DNA from: Novosphingobium sp. UBA1948
GTDB lineage: Bacteria; Pseudomonadota; Alphaproteobacteria; Sphingomonadales; Sphingomonadaceae
DNA length: 48,488 nt
NCBI GenBank assembly: GCA_002336765.1
Contig: DDES01000200.1
Location: 1 to 48,488 of the forward strand
Direction of reading: 5' to 3'
The notes under the pieces are model-generated. The model worked only from the letters and a program-made list of their open reading frames with translations, did not search any database and was not told the DNA's origin. Positions 19,616 to 27,827 of this stretch are shown in pieces (the first letter of the stretch is position 1; each line of letters begins with the position of its first letter). The position numbers and the translations under genes were made by a program.

Positions 19616-19716
19616 CTACGGGTTCCGTCGGGAACTGAATATGGGCAAGCCATAACCTGACGCGGTAAATCTCAGGCTAATGTGCCACTTTCGCGCGATG
19701 AAGCGGTGAAGTTTAT

Positions 19717-21060
19717 CTAACTATGGTTAGCGAGCATGCCGGAACCGGCTCCGGGCAGAGGCGAACGCTCCCGCACGGATTGCCTGCTGCTTGCGAGCGC
19801 AAACGTCATGCCCATGACGATCGCAAGAAGATACTGCACCTCCTTGCCGAACAGGATCCACTCGTAGGCGGAATGAACGCAGGCCGCCGCAAGCGCCATG
19901 GCACATCCGTAGAGCAGCGTGCCGCGCGGCGTATTGCGCAGCCGCCATCCCCCGGAAAGCGCGAGCAGAAGCGGCGTTGCCAGCATGAGAGCGAAGGCCA
20001 CGAGGCCCGGATACCCCGTCTCCGCGCCGGTCAGGAAATAGGCGTTGTGGACGATGTTGTTCCTGTTGCCTTCCGCAACCGCGACGCCGGCCCGCTCGGA
20101 ATAGCCCAGGTCCCTTGCGATCAGGACATAGTGGTTCATGCCAATGCCTAGGGGGTGATCCTGAAGGATGTAGCGCGCCGCCCGATTGAACGCGGCCCGC
20201 TCGTCATATGCATCCTCCTGCAGGGGATCGTTCGCGAAGCGGTTCTGGAAGGATGACACCGCGAGAGGAGCGATGGCCAGGAGCGCCAGGAGGCCGACGG
20301 CCATGACCGCCACCTTTCGCCGCGTCAGCCCGGCGAGCGCCATGCCCGCGAAGGTGAGAGCGGTGAAAAGGGCCGCGACACCGACGGCGCCGCGCGACGC
20401 AGTCAGGATTACCGTCACGAGCGTCATCGCCACGGTGGAGGCCACATAGACAAAGCGGCGCTCGCCCGCCAGCAACAGCGCGAGATGGGCATAGAGCACG
20501 AAATGGACCGCCATGCCCAATGTGTTCTGGTGAATGAAAAGTCCGGGTGTCTGGGACAGTCCCTCTCCGAACCGCTGCCACAGAACGGTCAGGAACTGCA
20601 CGGCGATGCCGACCGCCATGCCGCGCAGCAGGAGATAGGGAACCTCCTCATAGGCGCAGGCCCGCGCGACCACGACCGCGATGAAGAACATACGGAAGAA
20701 CTGCCAGACGCCGAAAAAGGCCGCGAGCGGCTCGGCCGCCTGCAGCATGGAAAGCGCGGCGGCCGCCAGATAGAGCGCGAAAGGCAGGAAATAGACGACC
20801 GGCGTCCGCTGCCTCGGCAGGCTGAAGAAGGCGGCCAATGCGAGAAAGTCCAGGATGGACAGTTCCATGCCATAGACGAAACCGATCCACCGCCCCCCCC
20901 AGGACACGAGCCCGATATCGAAGAGCGGAACGGAGGCGAGAAAGAAGGGAGCGGCTCCGAAGAAGATCCAGAAACCACGGTTCACCACGGCGTACCGTTG
21001 CAGAAGCAGGGACAGCGGCAGAATGCTGCAGAGGACGACGGCGACGAACGCGAATTTCAT
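19717..21060 (-). CDS. O-antigen ligase / Wzy-type polymerase
   Basis: Polytopic membrane protein with H-Q-N-TLG, LTASRGA, HPLGIG and VHNAYFL..ETG Wzy_C motifs. Confidence 0.85.
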   Translation of the reverse strand: MKFAFVAVVLCSILPLSLLLQRYAVVNRGFWIFFGAAPFFLASVPLFDIGLVSWGGRWIGFVYGMELSILDFLALAAFFSLPRQRTPVVYFLPFALYLAAAALSMLQAAEPLAAFFGVWQFFRMFFIAVVVARACAYEEVPYLLLRGMAVGIAVQFLTVLWQRFGEGLSQTPGLFIHQNTLGMAVHFVLYAHLALLLAGERRFVYVASTVAMTLVTVILTASRGAVGVAALFTALTFAGMALAGLTRRKVAVMAVGLLALLAIAPLAVSSFQNRFANDPLQEDAYDERAAFNRAARYILQDHPLGIGMNHYVLIARDLGYSERAGVAVAEGNRNNIVHNAYFLTGAETGYPGLVAFALMLATPLLLALSGGWRLRNTPRGTLLYGCAMALAAACVHSAYEWILFGKEVQYLLAIVMGMTFALASSRQSVRERSPLPGAGSGMLANHS

Positions 21061-21283
21061 CAGACGTGATCCTACTTCCTCTCATGGCCGGAGCGATGCC
21101 AGGCTGCGCCCATTCAAGCAAAGGAAGGTTAACCAGATTCCTATGAAACGGCCGCAGCCGCGACAAAATCAGCGGCTCACCTCCTTCCGTTGCCTATGAC
21201 GGGGCGGCGGTTAACCCGGCAAAAAGGTCTGCGGCCTTAAAAGATCGGGAACGAAGACAGGACCCGTCGGGCTGGGAATACAC

Positions 21284-22486
21284 ATGGAGACAATCCTCTT
21301 CTGGCTTCTTTTGGCGGCCATTGCCGGTCTCTCGGCCGTAACGCTGCTCTACGCCCTGGAAATCGCCGCCGCCTTTCCCGCCGCCCGCCGCCCGCCCCTG
21401 CCCCCGGCGGATGCGCCCCGGCCGGCTGCGGCAATTCTCGTTCCCGCCCATAACGAAGAACTCGTCCTGCGCGACACGCTGGCGGCGATCCTTGCCGCGA
21501 AAGGCGAGAAGGACCGTCTGCTTGTTGTCGCCGACAACTGCACGGACGCGACGGCAAGCCTTGCGCGGGCCGCGGGGGTCGAGGTACTCGAACGTCACGA
21601 TACGCAGCGCAGGGGCAAGGGTTACGCCCTCGATGCCGGCATGCGCCTGCTCGCCGAAACCCCGCCCGATATCGTCATCATCATCGACGCGGACTGTTTT
21701 CCCGCTCGCGACGCCTTCGAGCGGCTGGTCTCCATGACGGCGGCGACGCAACGTCCCGTCCAATCGCTTTCTCTGATGACTGTTCCCGAAGGTGCCGCGC
21801 TCAATCTGCAGGTGGCGCAGTTCGCCTTCGCCCTCAAGAATCAGGTACGGATGCGGGGCCTGCACTACCTCGGCATACCCTGCCATCTTGCAGGCAGCGG
21901 CATGGCCTTTCCGTGGTCCATGATATCGCAGATGGACCTCGCCCACGGCCATCTCGTCGAGGACATGAAACTGGGCCTCGACCTGGCATGCAGGGGCAAA
22001 GGTCCGGTCTTCTGCGAAGGTGCAGTCGTGCTGAGCCCCTTCCCCGAAACCGAGGGCGCCTTGGAGACCCAACGGAACCGCTGGGTTGGCGGCCACCTGG
22101 CACTGACCACGCAAGCCCTAAAAGGGCTTCCCGGCCTTCTGGCCCGCGGCAACGTCATCGGCGCACTGACGACGATCGCGACCGTGATTCCGCCGCTTAC
22201 GATCCTTCTGGCGCTGCTTCTCGGCTCTCTGCTGGCGGCCATGGCAGCGGCGCTCCTCATGCCAGGCAGCATGGTACTGCCCGCGCTTTCGGCGGCCAAT
22301 CTGCTGATCTTCGTCCTGGCGACAGGGGCAGCCTGGTATCGTTTCGGACGCGGCATGCTTCCCGCCCGTTCCCTGAAACGGCTACCGCTGCTGCTTCTGG
22401 CACGCCTTGCGAAAATTCCCGGCGCGATCAAGGCATCCAGAAACGGTGCATGGATCCGGACGGATCGCGGCTCAGGCCCGCGCTGA
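21284..22486 (+). CDS. Membrane-bound glycosyltransferase family 2
   Basis: LVPAHNEE, VADNCTD, GKGYAL, IDAD, VED and QRNRW motifs, with flanking TM helices. Confidence 0.9.
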   Translation: METILFWLLLAAIAGLSAVTLLYALEIAAAFPAARRPPLPPADAPRPAAAILVPAHNEELVLRDTLAAILAAKGEKDRLLVVADNCTDATASLARAAGVEVLERHDTQRRGKGYALDAGMRLLAETPPDIVIIIDADCFPARDAFERLVSMTAATQRPVQSLSLMTVPEGAALNLQVAQFAFALKNQVRMRGLHYLGIPCHLAGSGMAFPWSMISQMDLAHGHLVEDMKLGLDLACRGKGPVFCEGAVVLSPFPETEGALETQRNRWVGGHLALTTQALKGLPGLLARGNVIGALTTIATVIPPLTILLALLLGSLLAAMAAALLMPGSMVLPALSAANLLIFVLATGAAWYRFGRGMLPARSLKRLPLLLLARLAKIPGAIKASRNGAWIRTDRGSGPR

Positions 22487-22515
22487 AGCGCCTCGCCTGC
22501 CGGCGCCGCGTGGTC

Positions 22516-23325
22516 TCAGGCGCTCGAGGCTCCCGCGGAGGAGCCGGTCTTGCCCCTGATCCTTCTGACGACCTCCTGCAGAAAGAGGCCGAGCAACGGC
22601 ACGAAGGCATAGACATACCGGCGCCACAAGCGGCGCGGATCGGACATCAGCCTGTGGAACCATTCGAGGCAGAAGCGCTGCATGATCATCGGCGCGCGCT
22701 TCTTCAGTCCGACGATGAATTCGAGCGACGCACCGCAACACAGGGCAACGCCTGTCGCGCCCGGCGTCTTGGAAATCTCATGCGCGATGAGCTCCGACTG
22801 CGGAGAGCCGATGGCAATGAACACATAATCCGGCTGGCAGCGCGCGGCAAAATCGGCGCAGGCGAGCAAGGCGGCCCGGTCGTTGAGGACGCCGACGGGC
22901 GGAACGTGCCACACGAAGTCGATCTGCGGGAACGCCGCCGCCATCGCCTCGCCGACCTCTTCATAGGGCGAGATCAGGGCAACCTTGTCGCCTGGCTTGA
23001 TTTCCTCGTAAAACAGCCGCGTCGTCAGGTCCGAGCCCGTGACAAGGTTGAGACGGGAGGAGAGCAGCCGCGACAGCCAGGAGATCGGCTTGCTGTCGCA
23101 AAGCGAAAGCCAAGCCTTATCATAGATTTCGGCAAGGCGCTTATCGCCGCGCAGGCGCACGATATGATCGACATTCGGTGTCACGATGTAGCGAAACGAC
23201 CCGGATCCCCGCTGGCCGCGAATGAGCTCGACGGCGCCTTCAAAGCCTACATTCGTGAACGTCACATTGAAGAGACGCTCTCTGCGCAACGCTCGGCTTT
23301 TCCCGGATCCGTGCTCAATTCCCAT
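22516..23325 (-). CDS. WecB/TagA/CpsF family glycosyltransferase (GT26)
   Basis: VTPNVDH, VTGSDL, IAIGSPQSE, RAP...LEWFHRL..DPRRLWRRY motifs. Confidence 0.92.
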   Translation of the reverse strand: MGIEHGSGKSRALRRERLFNVTFTNVGFEGAVELIRGQRGSGSFRYIVTPNVDHIVRLRGDKRLAEIYDKAWLSLCDSKPISWLSRLLSSRLNLVTGSDLTTRLFYEEIKPGDKVALISPYEEVGEAMAAAFPQIDFVWHVPPVGVLNDRAALLACADFAARCQPDYVFIAIGSPQSELIAHEISKTPGATGVALCCGASLEFIVGLKKRAPMIMQRFCLEWFHRLMSDPRRLWRRYVYAFVPLLGLFLQEVVRRIRGKTGSSAGASSA

Positions 23326-23636
23326 AATACAAACACCACAACATCAACTATCGTTCACTAATTCGGCATAATGCAACTTACGGCTTAAAAGGAAAGCCTT
23401 AGAAAAATTTAACCTTAATGTATAAAGGTTTAACAATATTTCGCGGGAAAGCGGCCCGCCTTGCCGTGAAGGCCGCAAACTGGCGTTCTCACCCGACCAG
23501 ATACCGTTCCACCAGTATCATCCCGGAACACTTCCAAGATAGCGAGCGCGAATGAAGGCTGCGGCCGCAGGCAGCGGCGCTATTTCGCGTCGGGGCACAG
23601 CGCAAGACTGACGGGGCGGCAGTCTCGCCGGAAAAG

Positions 23637-23665
23637 ATAGCCCACCGGAGGCTCCGGTGGGCTAT
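23637..23665 (-). terminator. Intrinsic terminator of the DUF3597 gene
   Basis: ATAGCCCACCGGAG-g-CTCCGGTGGGCTAT inverted repeat followed by CTTTTC on the minus strand. Confidence 0.8.
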
Positions 23666-23673
23666 TGCGTCGA

Positions 23674-24129
23674 TTAGTCCAGCAATTCGGCGGGAACCTT
23701 GCCGCCGTTCTCGGCCAGCGCCTTCAGAAGCGCCTTGTGCAGCCAGATATTCATCGTAGCAGAATCGCTCTTGTCGCCGGTATAGCCCAGTTCGTCAGCC
23801 AGCTCCTTGCGCTCCTGAAGGCTGGCATCCATGCCGAGTGCCTTCATCATGTCCACGATGGACTTGCGCCAATCGAGCTTCTGGCCGTTCTTCTTGACGG
23901 CGGCGTCCAGAATGGCGGCAACGTCCACGGCAGCGCTGGAGGCGGGTTTTGCCTCTGCCGGCGTCGCGGCGGTTCCAGTGCCGGCCGTCGTCGTCGGCGT
24001 TGCCGAAACATCGGCCGTCACCGGCTTGACAGCGTCCGCAGTGATCGTCTCATTCGACGCGGTTTCAACCGGCTTTGCCTCTTGCGCCTTGCCAAAAAGC
24101 TTTTCCTTGATGGAACTGAAGATACCCAT
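23674..24129 (-). CDS. DUF3597 domain protein
   Basis: LDWRKSIVDMMKALGMDASLQERKELADELGY...SATMNIWLHK...NGGKVP signature after an Ala/Thr/Pro linker. AGGAG RBS. Confidence 0.85.
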   Translation of the reverse strand: MGIFSSIKEKLFGKAQEAKPVETASNETITADAVKPVTADVSATPTTTAGTGTAATPAEAKPASSAAVDVAAILDAAVKKNGQKLDWRKSIVDMMKALGMDASLQERKELADELGYTGDKSDSATMNIWLHKALLKALAENGGKVPAELLD

Positions 24130-24313
24130 GTCTGTCTCCTGTTGTGTTCTATAGTCCGCTCTGACTCGGCAGGATGATAATAGTGGCGACAGCCGTCATT
24201 TCAATGAAAGCAGTTCACGCGGCAAACGATCCATGCACGGCATGCGCAAGACTGCAACGCACATCTCTCGTCAGCGTTTTATAAATATCTGATTTTATTG
24301 ATAAAAACAGCCG

Positions 24314-24388
24314 TGGCTGGGGCGCCAGGATTCGAACCTGGGAATGGCGGTACCAAAAACCGCTGCCTTACCGCTTGGCTACGCCCCA
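24314..24388 (-). tRNA. tRNA-Gln (UUG)
   Basis: Reverse complement TGGGGCGTAGCCAAGCGGTAAGGCAGCGGTTTTTGGTACCGCCATTCCCAGGTTCGAATCCTGGCGCCCCAGCCA folds as a cloverleaf with TTG anticodon, GTTCGAA T-loop and encoded CCA. Confidence 0.97.
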
Positions 24389-24496
24389 GCATGCCGATGC
24401 GTTTGATCGGGAAAGCGCGCTTAGCCGCATTGCACGGGAAAGGGAAGGGGGTTTTCGCATGGCTGCGCCCCCCCCCCCCATGGACCTTAATGTGCC

Positions 24497-25330
24497 TTAC
24501 AGCTCCAGCCCGTCGAAATCGCTGACGGCATGGCGTTCGCGCAGCCCGTCGCGCGCGTTCACTTTGCGGCCGCGCTTCACGGCGGGGCGGGCGTAAAGCT
24601 CGTTAGCCCAGCGCGCGAGATGCTCGTATTCGTGGAGCGCAAGGAAGGTGTCGGCCCCCGCATAGGACAGGCCCAGCGACAGGCCGCCCAGCCACGGAAA
24701 GGCCGCGAAATCGGCGATGGTCAGCTCATCGCCCGCCAGATAGCGTGACACGGCCAGCCTTTTGTCGGCCACATCGAGCAGGCGTTTGGTTTCCATCGCA
24801 TAGCGGTTGATGGCATATTCGATCTTCACCGGCGCATATTGGTAGAAATGGCCAAAGCCGCCGCCGATGAAAGGCGCGCTGCCCATTTGCCAGTTGAGCC
24901 AGTTGAAGGTCTCGGTGCGGGCGGGGCCGCTGGCGGGCAGGAAGGCGCCGAATTTCTCGGCCAGATGGATCAGGATCGAGCCGGATTCAAACACGCGCAC
25001 CGGCTGCGGCCCGCTGCGGTCGAGCAGGGCGGGAATCTTGGAATTGGGGTTGATGGCCACGAAATCCGAGCCAAACTGGTCGCCCGCACCAATGTCGATG
25101 AACCACGCATCATAATCCGCCGCATGGCCTGCCTCGAGCAATTCCTCGAGCAGGATCGTCACCTTCTGCCCGTTGGGCGTGGCCAGCGAATAGAGTTGCA
25201 GCGGGTGCTCGCCCACCGGCAGCGCCGTCTCGTGGGTGGCGCCGGATACGGGGCGGTTGATATTGGCAAACTGGCCGCCGCTGGGGGCGTCCCATGTCCA
25301 GACTTTCGGGGGTGTATAGTCGTCGGCCAT
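24497..25330 (-). CDS. yghU: Nu-class glutathione S-transferase / GSH-dependent disulfide oxidoreductase (YghU family)
   Basis: N-terminal YTPPKVWTW...GGQFANINRP extension, SLATPNGQK, NPNSKIPAL and FESGSIL motifs. Confidence 0.9.
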   Translation of the reverse strand: MADDYTPPKVWTWDAPSGGQFANINRPVSGATHETALPVGEHPLQLYSLATPNGQKVTILLEELLEAGHAADYDAWFIDIGAGDQFGSDFVAINPNSKIPALLDRSGPQPVRVFESGSILIHLAEKFGAFLPASGPARTETFNWLNWQMGSAPFIGGGFGHFYQYAPVKIEYAINRYAMETKRLLDVADKRLAVSRYLAGDELTIADFAAFPWLGGLSLGLSYAGADTFLALHEYEHLARWANELYARPAVKRGRKVNARDGLRERHAVSDFDGLEL

Positions 25331-25428
25331 CGCGTGATCCTCTCGCTCGGGGGTGCGTGGAAGATAGGCGCGCGCAGACCAGCCCGCCAGTGCCGGTGGC
25401 GAAAAGATTGCCTTGGCGGGCAACAAGA

Positions 25429-25455
25429 AAAAGCGGAGCCGTTGGCCCCGCTTTT
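25429..25455 (-). terminator. Intrinsic terminator downstream of ilvE
   Basis: AAAAGCGGAGCC-gtt-GGCCCCGCTTTT hairpin with T-tract on the minus strand. Confidence 0.65.
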
Positions 25456-25476
25456 CCCTGCCTACAGTCCAAAGGA

Positions 25477-26580
25477 TCAGGCGATCTTGACGACCCAGCC
25501 ATGGGTGTCGGCCACCTGACCGCGCTGGATCGCCACCAGCTTGTCTTTCAGCTTGGCCGTGGTCTGGCCCGGGCCGCCGCTGCCGATGGTGAAGCTGGTG
25601 CCATCGGGCGAGGCCACGCGGCCCACCGGCGTCACCACCGCCGCCGTGCCACAGGCGAAGGTTTCGAGCAGCTTGCCGCTGGCGGCATCAGCCTGCCACT
25701 GGTCGATGCTGTAGCGTTCCTCGCGGATGGTGAGGCCTTCCTCGCGGGCCAGTGCGATCAGGCTGGCGCGGGTGATGCCCGGCAGGATCGTGCCCGACAG
25801 CGGCGGGGTCAGCAGGCTGCCGTCGTCAAACGCGAAGAACAGGTTCATGCCGCCCAGCTCTTCCACCCACTTGTGTTCGGCGGCGTCGAGAAACAGCACC
25901 TGATCGTGGCCGCGGGCAAAGGCTTCGGCGGTGGGGACGAGGCTGGCGGCATAATTGCCGCCGCATTTGGCCGCGCCCGTGCCGCCCGGCGCCGCGCGAG
26001 TGTACTGGCTGACCCAGATCGACACCGCAGGCGCGCCCGACTTGAAGTAATTGCCGGCGGGGCTGGCGATCACGATGAACTTGTATTGCTTGGCCGAGCG
26101 CACGCCCAGAAAAGGCTCGGTGGCGATCATGAAGGGGCGCAGATAGAGCGAGGCGCCTTCCTGTTCCGGGATCCATGCCGCATCGGCCAGCACGATCTGC
26201 TTCACCGCTTCGACAAAGGCTTCAACCGGCAGTTCGGGCATGGCCAGCCGCGTGGCGCTGGTGTTGAAACGCTCGGCATTGGCCTCGGGCCGGAACAGCG
26301 CGATCGAGCCGTCGGGATGCTTGTAGGCCTTCAGGCCCTCGAAGATCTCCTGCGCATAATGCAGCACGCTGGCCGCCGGATCGAGCGGGATCGGGCCACG
26401 CGGGCCGATGACCGCATCATGCCAGCCCTTTCCTTCCGTCCATTCGATGGTTACCATGTGGTCGGTGAAATTGGTGCCGAAGCCGGGGTTGGCCAGAATG
26501 CTCGCGCGAACTTCGTCGCTGGTGGGCGCGGGGTGGGGCAAACGGGCGAATTGCAGAGGGGCTTCGGCGAGGCTCGCCAT
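25477..26580 (-). CDS. ilvE: Branched-chain amino acid aminotransferase
   Basis: FTDHM, LHYAQEIFEGLKAY, AKCGGNYA (PLP Lys), EELGGMN, ILPGITR and GTAAVV motifs. Confidence 0.96.
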   Translation of the reverse strand: MASLAEAPLQFARLPHPAPTSDEVRASILANPGFGTNFTDHMVTIEWTEGKGWHDAVIGPRGPIPLDPAASVLHYAQEIFEGLKAYKHPDGSIALFRPEANAERFNTSATRLAMPELPVEAFVEAVKQIVLADAAWIPEQEGASLYLRPFMIATEPFLGVRSAKQYKFIVIASPAGNYFKSGAPAVSIWVSQYTRAAPGGTGAAKCGGNYAASLVPTAEAFARGHDQVLFLDAAEHKWVEELGGMNLFFAFDDGSLLTPPLSGTILPGITRASLIALAREEGLTIREERYSIDQWQADAASGKLLETFACGTAAVVTPVGRVASPDGTSFTIGSGGPGQTTAKLKDKLVAIQRGQVADTHGWVVKIA

Positions 26581-26723
26581 GGTAACACGACTCCTTGGAT
26601 AGCAGATGGCGCGCTTTGAATGAAAGTTGCGCGCAGCGCAAGCTATTTGTAATTAAAAACCCAAGTTTTACGAATAGCACCAATCGCCCCGCCCGAAAAC
26701 CGCTTCTTTCGCCCCATAAATGA

Positions 26724-26759
26724 GAAAGCCCGCAGTCCGCCAAGGGACTACGGGCTTTC
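26724..26759 (-). terminator. Hairpin terminating the upstream sORF/sRNA
   Basis: GAAAGCCCGcAGTCC-gccaag-GGACTaCGGGCTTTC stem, followed by T-rich sequence on the minus strand. Confidence 0.7.
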
Positions 26760-26817
26760 GCATGGTCAGCGGCCAGAAAGTGCCGCAAGTCGAAGCCTTT
26801 ATCGCCTAATCTCGCAC

Positions 26818-26874
26818 CTAGCGATAATGCTCCGCAATGCGGAAGTCCGACCTCTGTGCTGAACCATGAGACAT
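26818..26874 (-). other. 18-aa small ORF (MSHGSAQRSDFRIAEHYR) with perfect Shine-Dalgarno; candidate sORF/sRNA
   Basis: AAAGGAGGTGATCCG immediately precedes the ATG. In-frame TAG at 26818-26820 and a downstream terminator. Confidence 0.55.
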
Positions 26875-27184
26875 CGGATCACCTCCTTTCGCGCTGTTGA
26901 GCCAAGGGAGCCGCACCGGACGATCCACTCGCCTTGCGCGACGGGGCGGGCGAGCTGATTTCGCACCGGCCTTGGCATGCAAGGTGATTCATTTCGCGCC
27001 GCACAACAAGACTTGCATTGCATTATTTTGCTGTCAGAATTGCCGCTTCCACGCCGGAGGGCCTGCCGGAAAATCCCCGAATTCCGCTGTTTTTCCGAAA
27101 CTGCCCAAGATGCGCGGTAAAAATGGCGCTGTGCTTATCAACAGTCGCGTGGCGTTTGCGTCAAACAGCGCAGATTCGCGCGCG

Positions 27185-27766
27185 CTATTTCCGGCAGTCT
27201 TCGACCACCCGCCCGATCGCGGGATCGGCGGGCAGGATCAGCGCGGCATGGCCGCCAAGCTCCACCATCAGCCGCCCGCGCGTAAACACCATCGCGTCGA
27301 GCAAACGGTCGGTGTTGGCAAATTGCGCGCTATAGCCGCCGGCCACCGCCTGCGGGGTGATCTGGCGGCGCTGGGTGGAGGTCGTGATCGCCAGAAGCTC
27401 CACCGGCCCCGCCTGCGGCATGGCGACAAACAGCGTGATCGTCCGCGCCGCGCGCTGGCAGGCAAGACTCGCCCGCAGCGTGCCCTCTGCAAAACTGGCC
27501 GTCGAAACGCCCCGTATCTCGCCCCATTGCCAGCTTCCCGCGCTCAGGCTCTTGTCGCGCCAGTCTTCCGGTTCGACGGGGCGCGTGGGGACGGCGGGGG
27601 CGATGCGGGGCGCAGGCAGTTGCGCAGGCCGCGCCGTGGGGGCGGGGGCCTGACTGGCGGTGCAACTGGCCAGAGCCAGCATCAGCGCGCAGCCTGCCAA
27701 CCCCTGTGCGGCAGGATGCCAGCGGCGGGGAAGGGGTCCTAAAAAGGGGCGCGCATTTGCCTTCAT
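27185..27766 (-). CDS. Hypothetical lipoprotein
   Basis: GGAGG RBS, lipobox-like LASC, Pro-rich linker, globular C-terminus ending RVVEDCR. Confidence 0.7.
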   Translation of the reverse strand: MKANARPFLGPLPRRWHPAAQGLAGCALMLALASCTASQAPAPTARPAQLPAPRIAPAVPTRPVEPEDWRDKSLSAGSWQWGEIRGVSTASFAEGTLRASLACQRAARTITLFVAMPQAGPVELLAITTSTQRRQITPQAVAGGYSAQFANTDRLLDAMVFTRGRLMVELGGHAALILPADPAIGRVVEDCRK

Positions 27767-27827
27767 CGCCTCCCTATGGAATGAGGGGGGCTGCGAGACA
27801 AGCCCTAACACCCGTTGAAGAAGTGCC

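Noticed and set aside
23340-24313. Integrase or IS next to the tRNA
   Set aside because: No recombinase or transposase ORF and no terminal inverted repeats found; only the DUF3597 gene is present.
24298-24596. Short ORFs over the tRNA region
   Set aside because: They overlap the tRNA-Gln gene and its promoter; no coding evidence.
26818-26874. sORF as an ilvE attenuator leader peptide
   Set aside because: Only one Ile and no Leu/Val codons, unlike branched-chain amino acid attenuators.
26876-26890. GGATCACCTCCTTTC matching the 16S rRNA 3' end
   Set aside because: No flanking rRNA sequence; better explained as an SD on the minus strand.
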